This document shows, in pieces, positions 1-8,396 of a stretch of DNA of 64,000 nucleotides. The notes below the pieces were generated by a model. The model ran no database searches. It saw only the letters and a list, made by a program, of their open reading frames with translations, and was not told where the DNA came from. The stretch spans positions 20,487 through 84,486 of the forward strand of contig MFPS01000007.1 of NCBI GenBank assembly GCA_001782825.1, given 5' to 3'. The stretch is from Candidatus Magasanikbacteria bacterium RIFCSPHIGHO2_01_FULL_33_34 (GTDB lineage Bacteria; Patescibacteriota; Patescibacteriia; Magasanikbacterales; UBA922). Each line of letters starts with the position of its first letter. The stretch's first letter is position 1. The position numbers were made by a program, and so were the translations under genes.

Positions 1-314
1 TTTATCTCTCCACGACTAGCTTTCATTTGTACCCTATCCTGTTCTGCATAAGAAAGTGTACTATTCAAATATGCCGATGCCACACCATTCACCTGCAATG
101 AGTCCACCTGATCTTTCATCAACGCCACAAGGGGTGAAATCACCAATGTAAGCCCTTTGAGCTTTATAGCCGGCAATTGATAACATAAAGACTTTCCACC
201 ACCGGTTTGCATCAAAACAAAGGCATCAGAACCAGTCAGAACAGTATTGATAATATCTTCCTGAAGCGGAAGAAACTTGTCATAACCAAAGTGAGTTTTG
301 AGAGTCGTGAGCAT
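1..314 (-). CDS. recQ: ATP-dependent DNA helicase RecQ, N-terminal part (gene continues past window start)
   Basis: Minus-strand translation from ATG (312-314) reads MLTTLKTHFGYDKFLPLQEDIINTVLTGSDAFVLMQTGGGKSLCY..., the RecQ N-terminus with Walker A TGGGKS. It is absent from the ORF track because it runs off the window edge. Confidence 0.75.
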   Translation of the reverse strand, partial: MLTTLKTHFGYDKFLPLQEDIINTVLTGSDAFVLMQTGGGKSLCYQLPAIKLKGLTLVISPLVALMKDQVDSLQVNGVASAYLNSTLSYAEQDRVQMKASRGEI

Positions 315-426
315 AAATTATATAATGGATAATTTATATAATTTACACTAATCTAGAATTAAATTCAAATCCTGCCGACAGGTAAAAAAGAAATAAAAAG
401 AATAATTATTCTAAAAATTTATTTGA

Positions 427-510
427 TAATTATTATTTTTACGGATTCATTTGTTACAACAAACAAATGCCTCGGAGCCCGCAGGCGAGAATGAGTAAAA
501 ATAATAATTA
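427..510. repeat. Structured intergenic repeat, copy A: 16-bp perfect inverted repeat (427-442 / 495-510) closing a conserved GC-rich ~52-nt core
   Basis: taattattatttttac and gtaaaaataataatta are exact reverse complements. The core acggattcatttg..caaatgcctcggagccc..aggcgagaat-gagt recurs at 24162-24240. It is GC-rich in an AT-rich spacer between tspO and recQ. Confidence 0.6.
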
Positions 511-531
511 CCAAATAAATGCAATATTTTT

Positions 532-987
532 TTAATTCAAATACCAAAGTGAATAATTAAGCACAGTAGCGAAAGTTACCCAGAGTAAATATGGCATCAA
601 CAAATAAGCTGAGGTTTTTTTTATTTTCCAAAACCTAATTATCAAAACTACAATTAAACAAAGAAGAATAACTATATTTATCAAAGCTAATCCAGGATTT
701 CTCAGACCAAAAAATACCATAGTCCAGATGGCATTGAAAAATAAATGTGTCCAAAACAACCAAAAATCTTTTGTCTTACCAACTTTCTGCCAAATCAAAT
801 AAATACTTATTCCCATTAAAAAATACAATGTGACCCAGACCGGACCAAACAACCAATTTGGTGGTGAGAAAGATGGTTTTACTAAAGTTGTATACCAAGT
901 TGGTATGGCTGAAACTGTGAAAAATGAACCAATAATCCCGGTCAATTGAGGTAAAATAAGAGAAATAGATAAGCGTTTGTAATTCAT
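532..987 (-). CDS. tspO: TspO/MBR tryptophan-rich sensory membrane protein
   Basis: 151 aa, 5 TM, Trp-rich. Motif PSFSPPNWLFGPVWVTLY and WNxxFF are typical of the TspO/MBR family. Confidence 0.75.
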   Translation of the reverse strand: MNYKRLSISLILPQLTGIIGSFFTVSAIPTWYTTLVKPSFSPPNWLFGPVWVTLYFLMGISIYLIWQKVGKTKDFWLFWTHLFFNAIWTMVFFGLRNPGLALINIVILLCLIVVLIIRFWKIKKTSAYLLMPYLLWVTFATVLNYSLWYLN

Positions 988-1026
988 AATATTTTTTAAA
1001 AAATTTATTTATTTTTACTATTAAGA

Positions 1027-1629
1027 CTATTCAATCATAGAATTGACCATCTTCAATAACTCTATATTATCTATCAGAGCATCATCAGTCATAGTACTAT
1101 TACCAACAGTAATTAATATATTATCTATAAAAAATCTGTACTCCAGTATGCCCAAACTCAACTGTATTTCTACATTAGTCCCAGGTATTTTATCCTTTCC
1201 TTTGACTACGTCTCCACCCATCATCACTGCTTCTATCCCATTTTTCAATTCTACTTTTTTATAAGGAAATTTACTTTGACTATCCAGATATTTATTTTTC
1301 TCGGTCGTAGTCATTTTTCTTTCAAATATATCTATTCTGGACATCTTTAAGTTATTGTACAAAAATTGAAACCTGTCCCCGTCACCGCTTGGCCCCATCG
1401 CGGGATTCAAATAAAAATCTTTTGGTATATAAGTCGGTAAAATTAAATCAAAATTTATATTATCTTGAGCTTCAAATTCTGCGAGTACACTCAAAGCAGT
1501 CTTCTCACTCTCGACTAATCCTTCCTTTACCTGCTCTGGCTTAAGCATTTTTATATAGGCAAAATAACCACCGACCATCAAAATTATAATCAACATTAAA
1601 CCAACTGTAATAGAACCTTTGTTATTCAT
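1027..1629 (-). CDS. Hypothetical protein with N-terminal membrane anchor
   Basis: 200-aa ORF with an N-terminal hydrophobic segment; I recognise no family. Confidence 0.4.
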   Translation of the reverse strand: MNNKGSITVGLMLIIILMVGGYFAYIKMLKPEQVKEGLVESEKTALSVLAEFEAQDNINFDLILPTYIPKDFYLNPAMGPSGDGDRFQFLYNNLKMSRIDIFERKMTTTEKNKYLDSQSKFPYKKVELKNGIEAVMMGGDVVKGKDKIPGTNVEIQLSLGILEYRFFIDNILITVGNSTMTDDALIDNIELLKMVNSMIE

Positions 1630-1642
1630 AAAATATTTTTTA

Positions 1643-3067
1643 TTATTTATTTATTCTTCTTTTATTATAATACCACGCTGCCAAACCGGTTGTCAGTGGA
1701 ACAGCTAATACCAAAGCAATACTACCAACAAGCATTCGCACTATTTCTTCCATTATAATTTCACTATTCAACACCAACCATACCGGACCTTCATACAGTT
1801 TAAATAATAATAGTAATGGCAATGAAGCGCCGGTATAAGCCAATATAAGAGTATTTGTCAATGAAATTATATGCTCACGTCCAACTGATGATGCGCGAGT
1901 AAATAATTCACGAAAATTGAAAGTTTGATTGGCATTGTGGAGTTCTTCTACCACTGCAGCCTGAGCAGTGGTAATATCATCGAGCACTCCAAGCGTACCG
2001 ATAATAATACCCGCCAAGAGAATACCTTGTAGATTAAATATTTTTCCTTCAGCACTTTGCAAAAATAAAGCTTCTTCACTACCAAGACCAAATATATGCA
2101 TAATATTGGTAAAAAACATTGACATAAGTAATGCTATAAAAATGGTTATCAATGTACTTACAAAAGCAATAACAGTACGAGAACGAAATCCATGAGCAAC
2201 AAAAAGTGAAACAGTTGCAATAACAAGCGTACCTACAAATCCAACCATAAGCGCATTTTGTCCATCAATTATTCTGGGTACTATAAACCAAATAATAACC
2301 ACAAAACTAATCAAAAGGCCAATAAGAGAACGCACACCTGCCCATCTAGCCAACACCAAGACTAAAAAAATAAAAATTCCTAATAAAATCCAAAGTGAAT
2401 TAAGCCTATAAATATCATTTAAATAATATGACTCTTCACCATCAAAAACATTTTTACCTACAATAATTTTGTCCGATTTTTCCAATCTGACACTGCCGGG
2501 GCTACCTTCAGCAATCTCAAAATCCAATTCTAATTTTTTGCCTTTTTCCGGACCATTTATAATCTCTACCGCTATGTGTTGAACCAAAATTGCCCGCCCA
2601 TATTCCACAATCATATCCTCAGTTGGTTCGTCTATAACCACCGCTCGATAAAAAGTATCTGGTTGTACTGACGGCACTTCCGGATTATAAATATCAATCT
2701 GTTCATCAGCCATCACATTTTGAGAAAAAAATATGCCAAAAAATGCCAATAATACTATACTGGTAATAAAATATTTTTTGTGTGAATTATTTTTTATAAT
2801 TTTCATCTTTTCTTTCTTGGATAATTTTTTAATACTAGATTCTGCTTTGGAGGCCAGTGATCTATTTTTAAATTTTTTACAATAAACAAGTTTAACCGGT
2901 CGACGTCCCCGAGTATACTTTGCGCCCAATTCTGTTGAATTATGCTCTTTGATTCTTCTTTCCAAATCTGTAGTAATACCAGTATACAAAGTCCCATCAG
3001 AACATTTAACAATATATAAACTATACATAGTATGTATTATATCAAAAATACCAACAAAAAACATCAA
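1643..3067 (-). CDS. GIY-YIG nuclease domain (YhbQ/UPF0213-like) fused in frame to a YibE/F-family polytopic membrane protein
   Basis: The N-terminus MYSLYIVKCSDGTLYTGITTDLERRIKEHN...RPVKLVY is a classic small GIY-YIG. The C-terminal half has about 8 TM and the GVLDDITTAQAAV motif of YibE/F. There is no stop between the parts. Confidence 0.6.
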   Translation of the reverse strand: MMFFVGIFDIIHTMYSLYIVKCSDGTLYTGITTDLERRIKEHNSTELGAKYTRGRRPVKLVYCKKFKNRSLASKAESSIKKLSKKEKMKIIKNNSHKKYFITSIVLLAFFGIFFSQNVMADEQIDIYNPEVPSVQPDTFYRAVVIDEPTEDMIVEYGRAILVQHIAVEIINGPEKGKKLELDFEIAEGSPGSVRLEKSDKIIVGKNVFDGEESYYLNDIYRLNSLWILLGIFIFLVLVLARWAGVRSLIGLLISFVVIIWFIVPRIIDGQNALMVGFVGTLVIATVSLFVAHGFRSRTVIAFVSTLITIFIALLMSMFFTNIMHIFGLGSEEALFLQSAEGKIFNLQGILLAGIIIGTLGVLDDITTAQAAVVEELHNANQTFNFRELFTRASSVGREHIISLTNTLILAYTGASLPLLLLFKLYEGPVWLVLNSEIIMEEIVRMLVGSIALVLAVPLTTGLAAWYYNKRRINK

Positions 3068-3217
3068 AACAAAAATAGTCCCAATGGACTATTTTTGTAA
3101 GATACAAAAAACCATCTCCCAATTATATTTTCAAAAATTTAAAAACATAATTAGTTGGAGATGGTTTTTCAATCCTTCTCCAAAAATATTCTAATATAAA
3201 AAAGAAAGACAATCAAA

Positions 3218-3547
3218 TTACCCCCGATTAATTTTCTCATTAACTCTTTTAGCCCAAATGATCCACCTTTCAACCTCCAACCAAGGTAGGCCATGTGGAA
3301 CTGGAAAATCCAACCTATGTGCTAATTTTTTGAGAAGCATGATAAGCGCTATAACTTCATTCTCCTCAAGAACACCAGAAAAAGTACGTGGTAATAGTTC
3401 CAAATGACGTAAAGCTACTGGAAAAGCTTTATAAGCTTCAACACAAAGCTTTTCCACAACTGCTGAACGTTCAATTTCCCTAGTTAAATTACTGCCACAA
3501 TAATTAATATCTTCTATAAACCTAAAAAGATGAGACTCAATACACAT
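3218..3547 (-). CDS. Hypothetical small all-alpha protein, possible HEPN-like (Rx6H motif)
   Basis: 109 aa; C-terminal AHRLDFPVPH fits the Rx4-6H HEPN signature. GC is slightly above local background. Weak call. Confidence 0.3.
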   Translation of the reverse strand: MCIESHLFRFIEDINYCGSNLTREIERSAVVEKLCVEAYKAFPVALRHLELLPRTFSGVLEENEVIALIMLLKKLAHRLDFPVPHGLPWLEVERWIIWAKRVNEKINRG

Positions 3548-3663
3548 GGTCTATCTCCTTAAAAGTCAACTATATAAAAATTACTATAAAAAATAATAAT
3601 AGTCAATAGTGACTGATCTAGACAAAATTACACTTTAATTTATATAAATTATTGATAATTTGA

Positions 3664-4788
3664 CTACTTGGATAATTCTTCTACTATTTGGTTTCTTATA
3701 CCCTCGTGCTCTTTATAATCTTTAACACCTAGTCTTTCCTTAGTATAACCAAAAAATAATTTATTTATAACACTTGGTTTTTTACTTGCTAACTTATTTA
3801 ATTCTGACAAGACTTCAGCATCTCCATATCTTTCAATTATCCTTTGCACTATTTCTGGATAATCCACACCATTTTTTTGTTTCATAGTTGCAGATATTGA
3901 AATTATCAAATCAACCAAATCTCTAGCTTTCTGTTCATTCAAAGGAACGTCTTCATTATAAGAAACTTCTGGATCACATATATGAATATTTTGATCTTTA
4001 TCAATAATCATATTAGGCAATATCAACTCACCCCAAGCTATACCCTTATTATGGATCTCTTTTACCTTGTCTACAATCTTGTCTGTAATTACCATTAATT
4101 TTTCACTATCCACATCCTCTGCAAATTCACACTCTCCCCAATCATCAACTTTATCTCTATTTGCATAAAGATCATACAAATTAACATTAGGTATATAATC
4201 AAGGACAATTGTATTATCAGATTCATTTGGTATAACAGGAATTTGACTTTTTCTTTCAAATTGACTCTTCCATTCTCCTGATTTTGCCTTTCTCATCTTA
4301 CAACCAGTAAAACGCTTCATTAAACTATCTAACCCTCTATGAACAGAAGAACCAGCATAATTTTTAATTAAAAACATTTTTCTTCCACTTGGTAAAACCA
4401 CTATTTTAGTTTGGGTACTAAAATTAGCAACCTTAGAATCATACTCTGTAGCGGTTTTATTTCCTTTCAAAATAGCTGGTGCTTGAAATCTAGTCTCCTT
4501 TTGTAATTTTTCCAACTCTGCTCTCAGAAAATCCCTATCATCATCTTCCAAAGGATCATACAACTGAATATCTGTTTGCGATCCAGATGCACCTTCTGTG
4601 GTTAATTCATCTATTTTACCCCTAACTTTTTTTTCTGAATCTTTGTCAGCTTTAACACCCTCTTCAACAATACTCTCAAGATCTTCAGAGTCATTTTTTA
4701 CACCAACATCAACATCCATTGGTTTTTCTACTCCTTTTACATAATCATACTCTGGCACACGTTCCCATTTTGGTTTATCTTCTGACAT
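3664..4788 (-). CDS. Atypical protein kinase-fold protein (RIO/Bud32/Kdo-kinase/APH-like) with acidic N-terminal extension
   Basis: FLIKNY (beta3 Lys), IVLDYIPNVNLYDLY (hinge) and IHNKGIAWGELILPNMIIDKDQNIHICDPE (catalytic loop plus DFG-like, with catalytic Asp replaced by Glu in WGEL). Assigned by motifs only. Confidence 0.45.
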   Translation of the reverse strand: MSEDKPKWERVPEYDYVKGVEKPMDVDVGVKNDSEDLESIVEEGVKADKDSEKKVRGKIDELTTEGASGSQTDIQLYDPLEDDDRDFLRAELEKLQKETRFQAPAILKGNKTATEYDSKVANFSTQTKIVVLPSGRKMFLIKNYAGSSVHRGLDSLMKRFTGCKMRKAKSGEWKSQFERKSQIPVIPNESDNTIVLDYIPNVNLYDLYANRDKVDDWGECEFAEDVDSEKLMVITDKIVDKVKEIHNKGIAWGELILPNMIIDKDQNIHICDPEVSYNEDVPLNEQKARDLVDLIISISATMKQKNGVDYPEIVQRIIERYGDAEVLSELNKLASKKPSVINKLFFGYTKERLGVKDYKEHEGIRNQIVEELSK

Positions 4789-4845
4789 ATTATTATTTAA
4801 TAAATTTTATTACAAATATAATAGCACAATATCTCTAAAATAAAA

Positions 4846-5601
4846 CTACTTACTCTTTATAATACGATCTAATCTAGATGAATTTGGATTATCTCTATTA
4901 CTATAAAAACCAACACTTAAAGCATCATTAGATAATCTAGATACAAATTCATTATATTCATTTTTATCTATACCTTCTTTCGGTAAACCAACTGGACTTA
5001 AATATGTATCCCATAAACTTAACAACTTAACAAAAGTTTCTTTACTTATAATTTGTGTATCTCTAGTTTTTTGTACCAAATCAACCACGCCATCTTCTTT
5101 TACCACCATAAGTTGCATCATATCTTCCTTTGAAAAATGAACAAATAAATCCTGCAAAGAAAAAGAATATTCTGACGGATGAGAATGAATAGCAGATACA
5201 ATTTTATCCATCCTAATCACATACAACCCTGATGGGGAAATAGTTTCTTTTTGTTTAACCGGAGCATCTATACCAACTGAATTAGAGTCACCTTCATTAA
5301 TGGGACCTAACAAAACATTATCATCTGTATCCATCACGACTGCTATTGAATATTCTCTATTATTAGAATATGTCAAATATTTTAATTCTTTAGCTAATTC
5401 ATCAATTGAAAAACCATCATCAAATTCATCTACATCAACATTAGCATCTGACATAACTTTTATTTTTTCACCTATATCAATATTTTTTGGTAATTCTTCA
5501 AAAGAAGGTAACCCATCTTTTTTATATTTTTTTAATAAATCAACAAGGTTTGTTGAATTAACCACTTCTCTAATAGGCTCTCCTTCTCTTTTATTTATCA
5601 T
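4846..5601 (-). CDS. RadC-like JAB/MPN (DUF2466-like) domain protein with N- and C-terminal extensions
   Basis: REYSIAVVMDTDDNVL ... AIHSHPSEYSFSLQD matches the RadC-type E...HxHPS...SxxD metal-binding signature; one residue short of the canonical x7 spacing. Confidence 0.45.
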   Translation of the reverse strand: MINKREGEPIREVVNSTNLVDLLKKYKKDGLPSFEELPKNIDIGEKIKVMSDANVDVDEFDDGFSIDELAKELKYLTYSNNREYSIAVVMDTDDNVLLGPINEGDSNSVGIDAPVKQKETISPSGLYVIRMDKIVSAIHSHPSEYSFSLQDLFVHFSKEDMMQLMVVKEDGVVDLVQKTRDTQIISKETFVKLLSLWDTYLSPVGLPKEGIDKNEYNEFVSRLSNDALSVGFYSNRDNPNSSRLDRIIKSK

Positions 5602-5624
5602 ATAAATTATAATAAAATTAATTG

Positions 5625-5695
5625 CAGGCGAGGTAGGAATCGAACCTACGACGAAGGTTTTGGAGACCCTAGTGATACCATTTCACCACTCGCCC
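5625..5695 (-). tRNA. tRNA-Trp (anticodon CCA)
   Basis: Minus-strand cloverleaf: acceptor GGGCGAG/CTCGCCT, D-stem GTGA/TCAC, anticodon stem AGGGT/ACCTT with loop CTCCAAA, T-arm GTAGG-TTCGATT-CCTAC. Confidence 0.8.
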
Positions 5696-5699
5696 ATTA

Positions 5700-5733
5700 T
5701 TTTTTAAAACATCCCCTTTATAGGGGATATTTT
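5700..5733 (-). terminator. Rho-independent terminator downstream of rpmG
   Basis: ATCCCC-tttata-GGGGAT hairpin followed by a T-rich run on the minus strand. Confidence 0.5.
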
Positions 5734-5736
5734 ATC

Positions 5737-5892
5737 TTATTTTGTTTCCTTATGCAAGGTATGATTTTTACAGAATTTACAGAATTTTCTCAGCTCCAAT
5801 CTTTCTTTCAAAGTCTTTTTATTTTTCTTGGAAAAATAATTAGTATGCTTACATTCTTTGCATTCCATCTTAATCAAGTTATCTTGTGACAT
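5737..5892 (-). CDS. rpmG: 50S ribosomal protein L33
   Basis: Minus-strand [54 protein letters not shown] (51 aa) with the two CxxC pairs of L33. It is below the ORF-track size cutoff. Confidence 0.85.
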   Translation of the reverse strand: MSQDNLIKMECKECKHTNYFSKKNKKTLKERLELRKFCKFCKNHTLHKETK

Positions 5893-5921
5893 ATGTATAT
5901 TTCTAATAATTACGTGGCTAC

Positions 5922-5950
5922 ACTATACCATATATAGCCAATTTTGTCAA
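5922..5950 (-). promoter_or_regulatory. Sigma70-like promoter for rpmG
   Basis: Minus strand TTGACA-17-TATAGT, about 25 nt upstream of the rpmG ATG. Confidence 0.5.
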
Positions 5951-5956
5951 TAAATG

Positions 5957-6029
5957 AGCCGTTGTCGGGGATTGAACCCGAGACCTCATCCTTACCATGG
6001 ATGTGCTCTACCAACTGAGCTACAACGGC
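5957..6029 (-). tRNA. tRNA-Thr (anticodon GGU)
   Basis: Acceptor GCCGTTG/CAACGGC, anticodon stem CATCC/GGATG with loop ATGGTAA, T-arm TCGGG-TTCAATC-CCCGA. Confidence 0.85.
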
Positions 6030-6143
6030 ATAGTATTACTCCAACTATATACTTTTATTAAACTTACTTAATTTTAGCATTAACTAAAGCGAAGTTGGTC
6101 CAACTACCTGCCCGCCTCTGGTGGGAGCTATGTTGGTATAAAT

Positions 6144-6170
6144 AAAAGTGGGTTTAGTTTACCCACTTTT
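6144..6170 (-). terminator. Rho-independent terminator after mscS
   Basis: GTGGGT-aaactaa-ACCCAC hairpin followed by TTTTATTT on the minus strand. Confidence 0.6.
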
Positions 6171-6188
6171 ATTGATTTAGTCAATGTT

Positions 6189-7256
6189 TTATTTCTGTAT
6201 ATGTAATGTCTGGGTAGGATAAGCAAACTCTATTTTCTCTGTTTCAAATGCCTTATATATAGCCAAATTTATTTCTTGTTGAGTATCCATATATTTATTA
6301 TAATCTGGACTTTTTACAAAATATACTATTTCAAAACTCAAACTAGAATCCTCATAATTTTTGAAATGACATCTATCAAATTTAGCCAACTTACTATTAT
6401 CAATTATTTCCCTTATAATTTTTGGAATTTTTTCTAACTTGTCCGAAGAAGTCCCATATACTACACCCAGCTTGAAAGATATACGCCTAGTCTCCATTCT
6501 TTTGAGATTTTGAACACGGGCAGTGGTTAATTCTTGATTGGATATAATAAGCTCTTCACCTTGCAAGCTCTTTATTCTCGTAGTTTTTAAACCAATCTTT
6601 TGTACAGTACCCATATCTGTCCCCACTATTATAAAGTCGCCTATTTGAAATGGCTTGTCAATAAAAATTGAAAATGAACTGAATATATCAGTCAATATAT
6701 TTTGCATTGCCAAAGCAATTGCCAATCCACCAATACCAAGACTAGCAATAATAGAATTCACATTCACTCCATAATTGGACAAAATCAATATAATAGCCAA
6801 AACACCAAAACCAAGCAAAACAAAATTCTTAAGAATCCTCATCATATTGCGTACATGATTTTTTTCTTCTTCTGTTTTTAATTTTCTGGTATGTAAATCA
6901 ATCAAGTAATCAAATAGACGACCAAAAGAACGAATCACTTCAAATGCCAAGATTACAAAAAATACAAAATTAACTATTTTGTCTGCTAATTCTGGAAAAT
7001 TCAAAAACCTATAGCCAATATATACCGCCACCATAAAATATAGTGGTGGCTTGATGCTAGAAACAATACCTACTGCCACATCATCAACATCAGTCACAGT
7101 CTTTTCGGCCAATGATCTTAGTTTTCTCAATACTAATGATTGAAAAATCATCAATATGGTCATTGATGCAACCAGTATAAAACCTGCAATAGTAAATTGC
7201 CACAATGAATTGCCAAAATATGAAATACTTTTTAAAAATTCAATTATCTCAATCAT
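6189..7256 (-). CDS. mscS: Small-conductance mechanosensitive channel, MscS family
   Basis: N-terminal TMs then the MscS beta-domain region IGGLAIALAMQNILTDIFSSFSIFIDKPFQIGDFI...GTVQKIGLKTTRIKSLQGEELIISNQ. Confidence 0.8.
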   Translation of the reverse strand: MIEIIEFLKSISYFGNSLWQFTIAGFILVASMTILMIFQSLVLRKLRSLAEKTVTDVDDVAVGIVSSIKPPLYFMVAVYIGYRFLNFPELADKIVNFVFFVILAFEVIRSFGRLFDYLIDLHTRKLKTEEEKNHVRNMMRILKNFVLLGFGVLAIILILSNYGVNVNSIIASLGIGGLAIALAMQNILTDIFSSFSIFIDKPFQIGDFIIVGTDMGTVQKIGLKTTRIKSLQGEELIISNQELTTARVQNLKRMETRRISFKLGVVYGTSSDKLEKIPKIIREIIDNSKLAKFDRCHFKNYEDSSLSFEIVYFVKSPDYNKYMDTQQEINLAIYKAFETEKIEFAYPTQTLHIQK

Positions 7257-7291
7257 GTTGATAATACTTAATCTTTAATTAATTTATTATA

Positions 7292-8173
7292 TCATTTTTG
7301 ACAATTTTCACAAAATACTGTACCTCGTCCAGATAATCTTATTTTTAATAAAATATTTTTACACTTTTTACATTCTTGACCACCTCGACCATAAACTTGC
7401 AAATATTTCACATAATTCCCTTTTTTACCATCTGCATCAACATAATTATTAAAAGTTGTTCCTCTATTTTCAACTGCTTTTTTTAATACAATTTCTATAT
7501 GTTTATACAACATTTCAATTTCATTTTTGTTCAAATTAACCACAGATTTATCAGGTCTAACACCAGAAACAAAACAAATTTCATCTACATAAATATTACC
7601 AATGCCAGCAATCAATTTTTGATTTAACAAAATTGCTTTCAAACTAATTCTTTTATTTTTAAAAATATTTTCAAAATTATTCAAAGTAAAATTTTCTGTA
7701 AAGGGTTCTATACCAAAATTACTAACAATGCTTTCTCTTACAGCTTTTGATCCAACTTTCATATAACCAAAAACTCGCATATCATTGAAATATAATTTTG
7801 ATTTATCTCTAAAAGTAATAATTACTCGAGCATATTTATCCACTCTTTCTAACTCATTTGTTATATTTGGCTTTTTTCCCCATTCTTCACTATGTCCACC
7901 AGCCACCACAATATTACCCTGCACATAAATAAGCTGTCCTGTCATTTTCAAATGAACAAACAAAAAATTTTTTTCATCAGCTAGTTCAAAAATAATCAAT
8001 TTTCCAATACGTCCAATATTGATTATTTTGTTATTTTTTAAAATATTTAAAAAACTCTGCTTACTTCCTTGAACAGTTTTTTTATTCAAAATATCTATAT
8101 TAACAATTTTTTTGTTAATAATTTTCTTCTGCAAATCTCGTCTAATTGTTTCTACTTCTGGCAATTCTGGCAT
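7292..8173 (-). CDS. mutM: Formamidopyrimidine-DNA glycosylase (Fpg/Nei family)
   Basis: N-terminal MPELPEVE (catalytic Pro2/Glu3), H2TH region, C-terminal zinc finger CKKC...CENC. Confidence 0.75.
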   Translation of the reverse strand: MPELPEVETIRRDLQKKIINKKIVNIDILNKKTVQGSKQSFLNILKNNKIINIGRIGKLIIFELADEKNFLFVHLKMTGQLIYVQGNIVVAGGHSEEWGKKPNITNELERVDKYARVIITFRDKSKLYFNDMRVFGYMKVGSKAVRESIVSNFGIEPFTENFTLNNFENIFKNKRISLKAILLNQKLIAGIGNIYVDEICFVSGVRPDKSVVNLNKNEIEMLYKHIEIVLKKAVENRGTTFNNYVDADGKKGNYVKYLQVYGRGGQECKKCKNILLKIRLSGRGTVFCENCQK

Positions 8174-8249
8174 ATAATCAAAAACCTACTGACTTCACTA
8201 TTAAAATATATCTCATTATACCTCATATAAAAACCAATGCAAACATCAA

Positions 8250-8274
8250 AAAAACACTTAAAAAAGTGTTTTTT
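8250..8274. terminator. Bidirectional hairpin terminator
   Basis: aaaaacactt-aaaaa-agtgtttttt: perfect 9-bp stem flanked by A/T runs on both sides. Confidence 0.5.
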
Positions 8275-8345
8275 GTGGGCCGAGAAGGATTTACCCCTCG
8301 GGGCATAAACTCCTGCCTGCCGGCAGGCAGGTCTCATCCTTCTCT
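8275..8345 (-). other. Partial duplicate of the tRNA-Tyr 3' end carrying the 20-bp palindrome CCTGCCTGCCGGCAGGCAGG (8312-8331)
   Basis: 8275-8291 (gtgggccgagaaggatt) is identical to 8396-8412, the T-stem/acceptor 3' end of the adjacent tRNA-Tyr. The gagaaggat / atccttctc arms form a hairpin that encloses the palindrome. Confidence 0.55.
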
Positions 8346-8396
8346 CTACAAAAAATAAATACTTACATATTTATTCCAAAATATTTTATTTAAATG

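Noticed and set aside
6090-6143. Possible extra tRNA or ncRNA in the GC-rich stretch ccaactacctgcccgcctctggtgggagctatgttgg
   Set aside because: No cloverleaf could be built. It is treated as one of the short GC-rich quasi-palindromic motifs mentioned in the findings.
8146-8358. Two overlapping opposite-strand ORFs (70 and 61 aa) between fpg and tRNA-Tyr
   Set aside because: They overlay the hairpin terminator, the tRNA-Tyr 3'-end duplicate and the GC palindrome. The reading frames are a by-product of that element rather than genes.
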